DNA from: an uncultured Bacilli bacterium
Lineage (GTDB): Bacteria > Bacillota_I > Bacilli_A > RF39 > UBA660
NCBI GenBank assembly: GCA_910583685.1
Contig: CAJTXY010000001.1
Span: 4,755 to 68,754 of the forward strand
Reading direction: 5' to 3'
DNA length: 64,000 nt
Shown: piece after piece, positions 9,216 through 19,208 of the stretch
Position numbering within the stretch: the first letter of the stretch is position 1
Layout of the letters: each line of letters opens with the position of its first letter
Notes under the pieces: generated by a model
Databases searched by the model: none
Seen by the model: the letters and a program-made list of their open reading frames with translations, nothing else
Told to the model about the DNA's origin: nothing
Program-made: the position numbers and the translations under genes

Positions 9216-10541
9216 TTAATTTAGTTGATAAACGTCAAAATATAGGACCTTATCGACCCTTTTTCCGTTTTTTATTATGTATTTTAAGACCTCTTTGTCA
9301 GTTTGAGTTGAATAGTTTAATTCTTCTTTATTGATCAAAAATAATGTGCTTTTTTTCTTTTGAATTGCTTTTATCATTTTTTTAGTTCCGTCTTTTCCCC
9401 AATTCCCCCTATTGATTAAATCTAGTTTTTCAATTCTACGATGATTACTTAATTTAAAAATATAAGATGTACTAGATAAAATTATAATGTCCTCTTCCAA
9501 ATGATTGTCACTATATTCTTTTAGTGTTTCTGCATTATGGTATTCCATAGGATTTAAATAACGGTATTCATAATTTCTAATATGATTAGGGTAGACTCCT
9601 TTCGCATTTAAGGTTACCAGCATATTTCCTATTGGAAACAAGATGATCAGCCATAAGAAAAATTTTTCTAAGTGGTAATTAAACAAAAAATCACTATGTG
9701 CTATTATTGCCGTTAGTATTATAAATAATCCCAATAAAAAGTGTAATAAATCGAAGAGTGGAAAACATATAAAATAAAAGGCCACTGCGTAAATCCACTC
9801 TGTTTCATATTTTTGTTTTCTAAAATAAAATAGGAAGGCAATCCAAATTACAATTATAGAAATAGGCCTCCATATTGCTACTGATTCTCCATTTTTGGAA
9901 AACTCAAACATTCCTAAAAAACATTGATCTATGAAATCATTGAAATTTCCTGCTAATAAAAGATATGTAAAAATAAAGAACGTGGGAATTGCTACTCCTA
10001 AACATCTTTTCTTCAATCTTTCTTTATCATTCTTTACAAGATAGCATCCGCATAATAGGATCAAAAAACCAATCGATTGTTTTGTAAATAAAATGAGGCC
10101 TAACAGGAGGCCAATTTCTAGGTCTTTGGCCTTCCTTTTTTCTGCATAAATTAAAGCTAAAACGATGCAACAACAGAGCGTATTGTAAGTTGGCAGTCCA
10201 TTGACTATTGGTAATAATATAAGTAAAAAAATAAGAATTACCGATTTTTCTTTTGTTAACTTTTCTAATAAATAACAAATTACCACCATCAGCAGTGCTT
10301 GCTCAATATGAAACATTAAAATGCCCTTATAAAAGAAAAGTCCTATTGAAAATAGGAATGAAAATACAGGTGGTACAATCATATTAAAGTCTTGGTAAGG
10401 AACGAGTCCACTTGCAATATTATAGGAAAAGCCATAACTCCACGTTTCGTCTGCTGATACTTTTCTTAAAAACAAGTAAGAAATTAAAAAGGAAAAAAAG
10501 AAAAAGATATATTTGGTTTTACTTAAAATTTTGTCTCTCAT
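9216..10541 (-). CDS. Polytopic (about 10-12 TM) membrane protein with a roughly 110-aa C-terminal soluble domain. It is embedded in the dcw operon between divIB and ftsA. Function unknown; possibly a GT-C-like glycosyltransferase or O-antigen-ligase-like protein.
   Basis: Hydrophobic segments span the first ~330 aa. It is tightly packed (4-nt gap to divIB, 37-nt gap to ftsA) and co-oriented with the dcw genes. Confidence 0.45.
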   Translation of the reverse strand: MRDKILSKTKYIFFFFSFLISYLFLRKVSADETWSYGFSYNIASGLVPYQDFNMIVPPVFSFLFSIGLFFYKGILMFHIEQALLMVVICYLLEKLTKEKSVILIFLLILLPIVNGLPTYNTLCCCIVLALIYAEKRKAKDLEIGLLLGLILFTKQSIGFLILLCGCYLVKNDKERLKKRCLGVAIPTFFIFTYLLLAGNFNDFIDQCFLGMFEFSKNGESVAIWRPISIIVIWIAFLFYFRKQKYETEWIYAVAFYFICFPLFDLLHFLLGLFIILTAIIAHSDFLFNYHLEKFFLWLIILFPIGNMLVTLNAKGVYPNHIRNYEYRYLNPMEYHNAETLKEYSDNHLEEDIIILSSTSYIFKLSNHRRIEKLDLINRGNWGKDGTKKMIKAIQKKKSTLFLINKEELNYSTQTDKEVLKYIIKNGKRVDKVLYFDVYQLN

Positions 10542-10544
10542 TTG

Positions 10545-11225
10545 TTACTCCATAATCTTAAAATGATTTCCAGAATCTAGATAAAGGATCCCTTTTTTTC
10601 CTTCCAGCTGAGTTAGAACATCATTATAGTAATTTATCATATCAAATTTAGTTAATGTTAAATAGACACTGTTTCCGTCATCCATATATAATAAAAAGCG
10701 GTCTTTATCGTGTTCATTTGGTTGATACTGAACTTCCGAGACTTTTCCTAAGATGTCCTTATTAATTTTGGCCATTTTTTGAACGAATTTTTTATATTTT
10801 GTATTTGGTACATAATTCATTAAAGTCGGAATTCTAGTATTTTTATTTAATTCTATTTCCTTTTCATCATCTAGTACTACTTTATTATTTTCTTTTTTGA
10901 TAAATAATGGTTGATGTTCTTCTATTTCGATAGTTAAGATATGATAGAAGGAACGCTTTATCTTTATTTTTTTTACTAACGGATTTTTTGATAATTTTTT
11001 TGTAATTGATTTCTTTGTTGTCAAATAAAAGCTAGGGTAATCAAGCAGTTCTGCCTGCACCATTACTTCATCATCTGTTAGATAATTATTTCCTGTTATT
11101 ATAAGATTTTTAATTTTTGTATTGAGATATAAATAACCAGCAAAAAAAACCATTCCTAATAATATGATTATTAGAAGTAAGCGAAATACTCTTAGTTTTT
11201 TCTTTTTTACTATTTTTTTTGCCAC
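10545..11225 (-). CDS. divIB: Cell division protein DivIB/FtsQ (N-terminal TM plus POTRA-like domain)
   Basis: A short basic cytoplasmic N-terminus, one TM, and an extracellular domain. Conserved dcw position between murB and ftsA. Confidence 0.7.
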   Translation of the reverse strand: MAKKIVKKKKLRVFRLLLIIILLGMVFFAGYLYLNTKIKNLIITGNNYLTDDEVMVQAELLDYPSFYLTTKKSITKKLSKNPLVKKIKIKRSFYHILTIEIEEHQPLFIKKENNKVVLDDEKEIELNKNTRIPTLMNYVPNTKYKKFVQKMAKINKDILGKVSEVQYQPNEHDKDRFLLYMDDGNSVYLTLTKFDMINYYNDVLTQLEGKKGILYLDSGNHFKIME

Positions 11226-11232
11226 AATATCT

Positions 11233-12141
11233 CTACTCCCAATTTACAAATTCTTGTTCTACTTTTAGTTTAACTTTATAATGCTCTTCTATAGTTTGTT
11301 GGACAAACTCAATTAGACTTTTAATATCATCTGCGCTAGCGCCACCTGCGTTTATAATAAAGTTTGCATGTTTCGTACTAATTTGGGCTCCCCCTTTTGT
11401 TAGACCTTTTAGTCCCACATCTTCAATTAGTTTCCCTGCTGCTGGCATATTCTCTGGGTTTCTAAATACACTGCCTGCAGATGGAAAATCTAGGGGTTGC
11501 GTCTCTACTCTTCTTTTTTTTCTTTCATCCATCACTTCTTCAATTGCCTTTTTCTTTCCATATTTTAACCGAAGAGTTGCCTCTAAAATAATGTAGTCTT
11601 TATGTTTTTGAAAAAAGGAAGAACGATAATGGAAATCGAGTTCTGAATTTGTTAATTCAATAATACGCAAATCTGGTGTTAAAACTTTTACACTTGCTAC
11701 AATATAACCCATATCACTTTTGTAAGCTCCTGCGTTCATAAAGACTGCTCCCCCAATAGTTCCTGGGATCCCTGCAGCAAACTCTAGGCCTGTTAAAGAT
11801 TTCTTCATAGCATCTCTAGATAGACGCATCAACGAATAACCTGCTCCTACTGTTATCTTATTATTTATAATTTCAAGATGATTTAAGTTGCTTAGACTGA
11901 TTAGAACATCTTCATACTTTCGATCACTGAACAATAGATTCGAACCCTTGCCTAATATTTTATATTTTAATTGATACTTTTTAATTAGTTTTGTTAGGTC
12001 TACTAGTTTATCTATGTTTTTTGGGTATATAATGCAACTTGCTAGCCCCCCAACTTTATATGTTGTATAGTTACTTAAGAATACATCACTTTCTATTTTG
12101 CCAATATTTTGTTTTTCTACTTCATTTAAAAATTCTTTCAT
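11233..12141 (-). CDS. murB: UDP-N-acetylenolpyruvoylglucosamine reductase
   Basis: FAD-binding motifs: GGLASCIIYPKN and FAAGIPGTIGGAVFMNAGAY. Confidence 0.9.
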   Translation of the reverse strand: MKEFLNEVEKQNIGKIESDVFLSNYTTYKVGGLASCIIYPKNIDKLVDLTKLIKKYQLKYKILGKGSNLLFSDRKYEDVLISLSNLNHLEIINNKITVGAGYSLMRLSRDAMKKSLTGLEFAAGIPGTIGGAVFMNAGAYKSDMGYIVASVKVLTPDLRIIELTNSELDFHYRSSFFQKHKDYIILEATLRLKYGKKKAIEEVMDERKKRRVETQPLDFPSAGSVFRNPENMPAAGKLIEDVGLKGLTKGGAQISTKHANFIINAGGASADDIKSLIEFVQQTIEEHYKVKLKVEQEFVNWE

Positions 12142-12143
12142 AA

Positions 12144-13223
12144 CTACTCTCCAATTACCTTCTTGATTTCTTGATAAACTTTCGTTGCGGAATCGCTAAC
12201 TCCTAAACTTTTGGTGCTTAACTTCATACTTTTATATAAACCTGTATCGTTTAAAACTTCATCGATCATAGGGATTAATGTATCTTTTGAAAAATTCTTC
12301 TCCTCTAATATTTTAGCGGCATTTATTTTTTCTAATTCTTGGGCATTTTTCATTTGATGGTTTTCTGTTACATAAGGAGATGGTACTAAGATGGAAGGAA
12401 GTCCAATTGCTGTAATTTCTGCAATGGTTGATGCTCCTGCACGTGAAACTAATAAATCTGTCTTTTTTAAGAGTTCTATTAAATTATCTATATAAGGCAG
12501 GATGGCAACATTTGATGGTACCTTAATGTTTTCGTATTCTTTATAATAATTTTTACCTGTAATTAGCACTACTTGATAAGGTTTATTTGAAAAAGCGGGA
12601 ATTAACTCCTTTAGCTTTTCTGTCATCGTTGTACTTCCTAGTGATCCCATTACAATTACTACTAATTTACGAGACTCATCTAAACCAAATTTTCTTTTAT
12701 CAATTGCTTTGGTATCTAAAATTTGTTCACTTCTTGGATTTCCTGTATAGACTGCTTTATTCCCCTCAAACTTCGTAATGGTATCAGGAAGCGATACACA
12801 AACTCGATCTACATATTTAGAGATATAGCGATTGGAAACTCCTGGTGTAGAATTTTGTTCGTGGATTAGCGTTTTATACTTTAATTTATGAGCGGCAATA
12901 ATGACAGGAGCACTAATATAGCCTCCTACTCCGACTACAATATCTGGATGAAACTTTTCTATTTCTTCTTTCGCCTTTTTGATTGCTTTTTTAAAAGTAA
13001 AATACACTGAGATATTTTTGATCAGATTTTTTCTATTAATCCCTTTCATTTCAATTCCAACGTATGGAATTTTTAATTTGGGAACAATATCTGCTTCCAT
13101 TCTATCTGTTGTTCCAATATATAAAATTTCACTACCTGGTTCTTGTTCTTTTATTTTTTCTAATATGGCAAGAGCAGGATAGATATGGCCTCCTGTTCCG
13201 CCAGCTGTTATTACAATACGCAA
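12144..13223 (-). CDS. murG: UDP-GlcNAc:undecaprenyl-PP-MurNAc-pentapeptide GlcNAc transferase
   Basis: MRIVITAGGTGGHIYPALAI is a canonical MurG N-terminus. Confidence 0.9.
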   Translation of the reverse strand: MRIVITAGGTGGHIYPALAILEKIKEQEPGSEILYIGTTDRMEADIVPKLKIPYVGIEMKGINRKNLIKNISVYFTFKKAIKKAKEEIEKFHPDIVVGVGGYISAPVIIAAHKLKYKTLIHEQNSTPGVSNRYISKYVDRVCVSLPDTITKFEGNKAVYTGNPRSEQILDTKAIDKRKFGLDESRKLVVIVMGSLGSTTMTEKLKELIPAFSNKPYQVVLITGKNYYKEYENIKVPSNVAILPYIDNLIELLKKTDLLVSRAGASTIAEITAIGLPSILVPSPYVTENHQMKNAQELEKINAAKILEEKNFSKDTLIPMIDEVLNDTGLYKSMKLSTKSLGVSDSATKVYQEIKKVIGE

Positions 13224-13289
13224 AACTCATCACATCCTTATTAATTATATCGCTAAACAAAAAGATTTATGAAAAAAAGACCGTTCGGT

Positions 13290-13889
13290 CTATTCTCCAG
13301 TTTCATAGTTGGTATGACCTTCTTGTATTGCTTTTACTTTTATTCTTCCGTGAAAATGGGTTCCCATCACCTCATTTTGAGCAGTTTCTGAAATCCATAA
13401 TCTTAGTGTATATGTTGTTTTTTCATTTGGTGCTAATATGCTTGTGTCAAACACACCCTCATTGTCCTCTAATGTACCAATCAGTGGTGTTGCTCCATTT
13501 TTACTAAAAGAATAGCGAATTGACTGCCAAGGGAGCTTTTTGTCTAGACAATTGTCTGTGGTGTATTTATCTTCATCATTTTCTAGTACGATTTGATAAT
13601 TTGCTTTTAGGGTTCCTGTGTTTTCTACAGAAAATACATAAGGTGCATTAGCAAGACCATCCGCATCTGTTACTGGTACTGCATTTTCTAAAGTAATTCC
13701 ATTTGATGCAGACTCATCTAAAGTTAATACTAAGGTACCTGTTGAGATTTTGTTTTCCTTCGTTCCGTCTTTTGAAAAGGCAAAAACTGCATATGAGACA
13801 AATATAAACATCAAAATAGCACAAATTATAAAAAATCCATTTCTAATTATTTTTTTCTTACTTTCATCCATTTTATACACTCCCATCAT
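13290..13889 (-). CDS. TasA/camelysin-family secreted protein with a SipW-cognate-type signal peptide
   Basis: Signal anchor followed by YAVFAFSKDGTKENKISTGTLVLTLDESASNGITLENAVPVTD. This aligns with the TasA/CalY region AYFSDKEVSNNTFAAGTLDL...ENSASVNLSNLKPGD. Confidence 0.65.
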   Translation of the reverse strand: MMGVYKMDESKKKIIRNGFFIICAILMFIFVSYAVFAFSKDGTKENKISTGTLVLTLDESASNGITLENAVPVTDADGLANAPYVFSVENTGTLKANYQIVLENDEDKYTTDNCLDKKLPWQSIRYSFSKNGATPLIGTLEDNEGVFDTSILAPNEKTTYTLRLWISETAQNEVMGTHFHGRIKVKAIQEGHTNYETGE

Positions 13890-13943
13890 CTATATAAATT
13901 ATATCGTTATTTTAAAAAGATGTAAAGAAAAAAACAGCGAATC

Positions 13944-14555
13944 TTATTGTGAGATTGCTGTTGCGATGTCAACTCCATTTTCCACTACTTGAATTTTCCC
14001 GTGATAATGCATATCACTATCTAATGGCAAAGTGTTGTTGGTTGTCCAAAGACGAACTGTATAAGAGATACTCGCTTTTCCTTTTAATTTACGCGATAAA
14101 ACCGTTCCATCTTTTAAATCAGATAACATAAAGATTTTGTTTTCCTCTTTTTCTTTATGGATTGCCCCTTTGATAATACTTTGTGGAATCTGGTATTCAC
14201 CACATTCATCTTCTACTATTTTCTCATTGTCTTTTACTAGTTTAATACTATAGTTTACTGGTGTTTCTAAATTATTTTTTATCGTAAAAGTATAAGCATG
14301 AGAGCTTAGGCCAACAGAGTCTGATATGGATGTTACCTTTGTAAGAGTTATGCTATCTCCTGCTTTTTCGTGAAAAGTTACTTCCAGTGATTTTGAATTA
14401 TTAACCTGATTTCTCGTATCTTTAAATTTATAATATATATAATGAGTTGCTGTTAAGGCAAAGGTTAAAATGAAAGCGATTATTAGTCCACTTTTTATCA
14501 TTTGTTTTCTATAGTATGTTAACAAAATACCCCACTCCTGTCTAAATATAATCAT
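13944..14555 (-). CDS. TasA/camelysin-family paralogue, more divergent; start uncertain
   Basis: Shares the C-terminal block with the 13290 gene (TYTLRLW...HFHG.I.V vs SYTVRLW...HYHGKIQV) and an N-terminal YYKFKDTRNQVNNS motif. GGAGTGGGG lies inside the first codons of the track ORF, so a later TTG/ATG start is likely. Confidence 0.55.
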   Translation of the reverse strand: MIIFRQEWGILLTYYRKQMIKSGLIIAFILTFALTATHYIYYKFKDTRNQVNNSKSLEVTFHEKAGDSITLTKVTSISDSVGLSSHAYTFTIKNNLETPVNYSIKLVKDNEKIVEDECGEYQIPQSIIKGAIHKEKEENKIFMLSDLKDGTVLSRKLKGKASISYTVRLWTTNNTLPLDSDMHYHGKIQVVENGVDIATAISQ

Positions 14556-14626
14556 ATATCTAGTTTTAGGCAGAAGTCAACGAAAAAGAGTTTATTTTAC
14601 AGCAATATTGTAAAAGAAAAAAACGA

Positions 14627-15409
14627 TTATAGCTCTTTTGCTGCAATCGTTCTTGTTACTACATCTTTTACATTTGCTTCATTAAATGGTTTAGCAAGCA
14701 AATCTATTATTGCATATTGTTTTACCATATCAATGACTTCTTGTGTATAAGCCCCTGTAATTACTGAAACTGGGATTTTAGGAAATAGATTATGGCTTTT
14801 AAAATATTCTAATACTCCAAAACCATTTACATTTGGCATATAAATATCAAGCAACATACAACTAATTTTTCCGTTTATATCATTTTCAATTAGCTTTAAT
14901 GCTTCTGCTCCATCTTTGGCTGTTATTACATCATAGTCGTTATTAAATATTTTCTCAACAAAGGAGATTACTACTGAGGAATCATCTACTACTAAAATTT
15001 GTTTTTCTTTTGGTCCAATTACTTCAGGAGCAACAACGGGTGCTTGATCCTCTACTCCTAAATAAAGGCTTACCACTTTCATTACCCGAGAAACTTCAGC
15101 CATTAGAGAGTCAAAATTTGCATAAACGTAATTTGAATCATTCGCTTTACTTTTCATCTCATGATCATAGGCCATATCTCCTAGTCCCATAAACCCAAAA
15201 TATCTGGCATCACTTTTTAATGAATGTACAATTATGGCATAGTTTTGCATATCAGCAGATGCTTTATAGGCTTGTAATTGTCCTATTTTTTCTTTTAAAC
15301 CTGATAGGAAGTCAGGGAGTGTTGCATTATAAGTTTCCATATCTCCAAATAATTCTAGGCTTTTATTGACATCTGCCCCATTTGTGATTAAAAAATTTAC
15401 ATCTTTCAT
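14627..15409 (-). CDS. Phosphorelay protein with an N-terminal Hpt domain and a C-terminal receiver (REC) domain; no output domain
   Basis: Hpt-like helix with a conserved His (IIVHSLKSDARYFGFMGL). C-terminal REC: ILVVDDSSVVISF...D...LLDIYMP...K. Confidence 0.6.
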   Translation of the reverse strand: MKDVNFLITNGADVNKSLELFGDMETYNATLPDFLSGLKEKIGQLQAYKASADMQNYAIIVHSLKSDARYFGFMGLGDMAYDHEMKSKANDSNYVYANFDSLMAEVSRVMKVVSLYLGVEDQAPVVAPEVIGPKEKQILVVDDSSVVISFVEKIFNNDYDVITAKDGAEALKLIENDINGKISCMLLDIYMPNVNGFGVLEYFKSHNLFPKIPVSVITGAYTQEVIDMVKQYAIIDLLAKPFNEANVKDVVTRTIAAKEL

Positions 15410-15450
15410 TCTTACACCTCGCTACTTTCAAATTCATTATATCATAAAAA

Positions 15451-17262
15451 TTATGAGTTTAAATATTTTCTTATTACTTTTTCTAGTTCTACTTTATCAA
15501 TTGGTTTTGCTAAATAATCTTGAAAACCATCTTTCAAATATTTTTCTCTCATTCCAGAAATTGCGTTTGCTGTTAAAACAACGACAGGGGTTTCGAAACC
15601 TTCAATTCCTTTTAGTTTCTTTAAAGTCTCTACTCCACTCATCTTAGGCATCATATCGTCTAGTAGTATTAAATCATATTTTTCACCTGCTAGGACTTTG
15701 TCGATTGCCTCAAATCCACTTAAAGTTTGTGTAATAGCAAGGCCATACTTTCCAAGTAACATAGAAGCTACTTTTAAATTTAATTTATTGTCGTCTACTA
15801 GTAGAACCTTCTTACCAGAAACATTTAGTGGTATATCTATTTGTGTTTCGGTTGCAACTGCTTTTTCTGCAACGATCTTCTGATCAATAGCAACAGTAAA
15901 TTTAGAACCTTTTCCGTAGACACTTTGAGCAACAATTTTACCTTTCATTAATTCTACTAATCTTTTCGTAATGGCAAGACCCAACCCTGTTCCTTCAATA
16001 GTAATATTTTTTTCTAGATCTAATCGTTCGAATTTCATAAACAGTTTATCAATTTTATCTTGTTTAATACCAATGCCACTATCTTCAACGGCAATAATTA
16101 GTCTACAAGCTTTTCCGCTTTGAATCGTACTGATTTTAAAATCAATAAAACCTTCTTTGGTATATTTAGCGGCATTGGTTAAAAGATTTAAGATAATTTG
16201 TTTTAATCTGACATAATCTCCGTATAAAACCGCGGGGACACTTTCATCTAAATGTGTTCTAAATTCAATTGGCTTTTCCCCGATCCTAGCCTTGGTCAGT
16301 AGTACGAGTTCATCAAAGACTTTATGCAAATCATACTCTGTATTTACAATTTCTAACTTATTGGCCTCAATTTTGGAAATATCAAGGATTCCATTTACAA
16401 TTTCCAATAAGTTATCAGAAGCCATTAAAATATCTCTCGCTTTTTCTTTTGTACTATCTGGTAAATCCTCTTCCGATAAGCTTTGAGAAAATCCAACAAT
16501 AGCATTTAGTGGTGTTCTAATCTCGTGGGACATACTTGATAAAAAGTCGGTCTTAGCAGCATTAGCACGTTCTGCTTGATTACGAGCAAGTTCTAGTTCT
16601 GCAATCATCTTTAAATCAGGGTTTTCAATTGTAAAGTACATCAAAAATGTGGTAAATATTTGAACTGATTGAGTAAGTACTAATGTAGGTTTTATAATTT
16701 GAATAATTCCTGAAATTAAGAACAAAACGGCATATATTAAAACTGGTAAATACTTTTTTGTTAGCAATTCTTTGATATGTAGAAGCATACAAGCTATTGA
16801 AATTAATAGGAAGGAAATGGATACTATTTTTAGTAAATCGACACTCATTCCATAGGTGTAAGAATATAGGCTTTTAGTTGGTTCAAAGTAATACTGGATT
16901 GGTAATACTAAAAAACCTACTGAACATATGATGAAAATTAGAAAAACAATTAGGCTCAATTTTTTATGATACTTTTTGTTAAACGATATTACAATAGTAT
17001 AAACTAACAATAAGCTAATCCATAATAAAATATTCACTAAAAAGAGTCTAGAGGTTATAGCGTTAAGTAAGGGGATTTTCTCCATCACCATACATGTAAA
17101 TATTTGAGATATTTCTAAAACAACACCAGTTAGAGAGACGACAATTAAGCGTTGATAAATTCTATTTTCTAAAGTTTTAAGTCTTTTTTTTGAAAAAAAT
17201 ACAATCACCAAAAGGACAATATAAACTAGGCTAGTTAACGAAAAATATATATTATAATTCAC
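15451..17262 (-). CDS. Hybrid sensor histidine kinase (about 6 TM N-terminus, HisKA, HATPase_c, C-terminal REC)
   Basis: H-box MSHEIRTPLNAIVGFSQ; G-boxes DSGIGI/GTGLGLAI. C-terminal receiver: KKVLLVDDNKLN...LILLDDMMPKMSG...VVVLTANA. Confidence 0.8.
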   Translation of the reverse strand: MNYNIYFSLTSLVYIVLLVIVFFSKKRLKTLENRIYQRLIVVSLTGVVLEISQIFTCMVMEKIPLLNAITSRLFLVNILLWISLLLVYTIVISFNKKYHKKLSLIVFLIFIICSVGFLVLPIQYYFEPTKSLYSYTYGMSVDLLKIVSISFLLISIACMLLHIKELLTKKYLPVLIYAVLFLISGIIQIIKPTLVLTQSVQIFTTFLMYFTIENPDLKMIAELELARNQAERANAAKTDFLSSMSHEIRTPLNAIVGFSQSLSEEDLPDSTKEKARDILMASDNLLEIVNGILDISKIEANKLEIVNTEYDLHKVFDELVLLTKARIGEKPIEFRTHLDESVPAVLYGDYVRLKQIILNLLTNAAKYTKEGFIDFKISTIQSGKACRLIIAVEDSGIGIKQDKIDKLFMKFERLDLEKNITIEGTGLGLAITKRLVELMKGKIVAQSVYGKGSKFTVAIDQKIVAEKAVATETQIDIPLNVSGKKVLLVDDNKLNLKVASMLLGKYGLAITQTLSGFEAIDKVLAGEKYDLILLDDMMPKMSGVETLKKLKGIEGFETPVVVLTANAISGMREKYLKDGFQDYLAKPIDKVELEKVIRKYLNS

Positions 17263-17333
17263 AATATCACACTTCTTTATCTTTATATATTCAAATTATA
17301 CCACGCAAAAAAAAGTACTGCAACAAGTACTTT

Positions 17334-19208
17334 TTATCTCGACTTAGAAAAAGCTTTCGCTTGTTCCGTAATAATTCCTTTAGTAGCAACATAATCTCTT
17401 TGTAATGCCATTGTATCAATTTTTCCAACAGATGTAAGTGGCATAGAATCTTTGAAAACGATATCAACTGGGTAAGTATAATCGGGTAAATTTTCTTTAA
17501 TTAGTGAATATAATTCTTCTTTAATTGTTTCTTCCATCCCTTGATTACGATATTGTTCTTCTAAAACAGAAACAACAACAGGTGCATTTCCTTCTGTCAC
17601 ACTTGGTACTCCGATTGCAGAGCAACTTTGAACACAAGGGTATTTGCTTACTACATTTTCTAAAACAGATGGGAAAACTTTATAACCACTACGAATAATC
17701 ATACGTTTAATACGATCCTGATGATATACTTGTCCATCTTCTGCAACATAACCAATATCTTGCGAGTGAAGCCAAACTTTTCCATCTTTGTGAACTTTTA
17801 ACATATCGTCTGTTGCTTCTTGATTATTATAATAGCCTAGCATAACGGTTGGTCCAGTAATACATAATTCTCCTAATTCTCCATAACTTTTTTCCTCACC
17901 TGTTTCTGGGTCAAATGCAGAAACAGAATTTCGTGGAAGTGGTAACCCTACACTACCAATGCTATTAATAATATCACTGGAAACTGTTGCACAGGCAGCA
18001 CATTCTGTTAAACCATAACCTTTTTTTATAATACGACCATTATGCTTTAACATAAATCTGTCTAGTTCCAATTCTTTTTCTTTTTTCATAGCATCTCCAC
18101 CTACAATATAACTAACACCATATTCTAAATTGAGATTTTTCATAATTCTATTTTCCATCAAGGAATCAAAGTATGCAGGAACACCTAAACATATTTCTGG
18201 TTTTTCTTTGGCAATTAATTCTGGGAACTTTTCTTGATCCATTTTAGGAATTAGATTAGATACCCACCCTTTTGAAACTGCTGTATGAATTCCATTTACG
18301 GCACCATATGCAACAAATGGAACTAAAACATTTAAAAACTTACGATGTCTCTGTAAGTCAACGTGTACATAATCCAAACCATCAACCATAGCGTTCATAT
18401 TTTCGTTAGTTAGCATAACACCTTTTGGTGTTCCAGTTGTTCCACCAGTATGAACGATACAAGCAGGTTGATTAGCTTTAAACTCTGCATCTTCTACTTT
18501 CGAGATATCTCGTCCGGCTTTTATAAAATTATGCCAATTTATAAATGTATCATCATATTTTACAGATGGTATAGCACCCTTTTTTTGGTCTACATAATCT
18601 TTCAAGTTTTTTGCTTGCTTTAGGCCAAATGGAAGTGAATCATTTGGTGATAATACAACTACTTTTTCTATTTCAGTTTTTGGAATTGCATTCTTAACAA
18701 CATCATAACAAAGATTTAGCATTAGCATATATTTAGAATGCACTTCGTTTAAATAATCTGTCACTCCAATCTTTGTAGTTCTTGGGTCAATCATATTAGG
18801 AATTGCATTCATTTTGTTTAATGCATAAAATGAATAGATTAGTTCTGGACTATTAACAGACATAATCGTTACGATATCATTTTCTTTAACTCCTAGTTTA
18901 GAAAAAGCTTTTTGTGTTTCGTCAATTTTTTCAAAAAACTCTCTATAGGTGATATTTCTACCAAAATATTGTAAAACGATATCATTTAGATATGGCTGAT
19001 TTCTTTCTTTCATATATTGATAGGCATTAACTTTGGGTAATTCTGTTTCATACGATTCCTTTGGGAACCATCTTAAGTGTGGTTTGTCGATAGATGGCTT
19101 TCCTGTTAGTTTTTTACTTTCTTCGTGATTTACTACATATTTTTCTGAATCTTTCAATGTTGATTCATTTACTACTAATTCTTTCATTAGAACCTCCATA
19201 TTTTTCAA
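17334..19208 (-). CDS. AMP-dependent synthetase/ligase (acyl-CoA synthetase family)
   Basis: AMP-binding signature IVHTGGTTGTPKGVML, 624 aa. Confidence 0.8.
   Translation of the reverse strand: MKNMEVLMKELVVNESTLKDSEKYVVNHEESKKLTGKPSIDKPHLRWFPKESYETELPKVNAYQYMKERNQPYLNDIVLQYFGRNITYREFFEKIDETQKAFSKLGVKENDIVTIMSVNSPELIYSFYALNKMNAIPNMIDPRTTKIGVTDYLNEVHSKYMLMLNLCYDVVKNAIPKTEIEKVVVLSPNDSLPFGLKQAKNLKDYVDQKKGAIPSVKYDDTFINWHNFIKAGRDISKVEDAEFKANQPACIVHTGGTTGTPKGVMLTNENMNAMVDGLDYVHVDLQRHRKFLNVLVPFVAYGAVNGIHTAVSKGWVSNLIPKMDQEKFPELIAKEKPEICLGVPAYFDSLMENRIMKNLNLEYGVSYIVGGDAMKKEKELELDRFMLKHNGRIIKKGYGLTECAACATVSSDIINSIGSVGLPLPRNSVSAFDPETGEEKSYGELGELCITGPTVMLGYYNNQEATDDMLKVHKDGKVWLHSQDIGYVAEDGQVYHQDRIKRMIIRSGYKVFPSVLENVVSKYPCVQSCSAIGVPSVTEGNAPVVVSVLEEQYRNQGMEETIKEELYSLIKENLPDYTYPVDIVFKDSMPLTSVGKIDTMALQRDYVATKGIITEQAKAFSKSR

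Noticed and set aside
10027-10278. 83-aa minus-strand ORF inside the 441-aa membrane protein gene (different frame)
   Set aside because: It is nested out of frame within a longer, well-packed ORF. No independent evidence.
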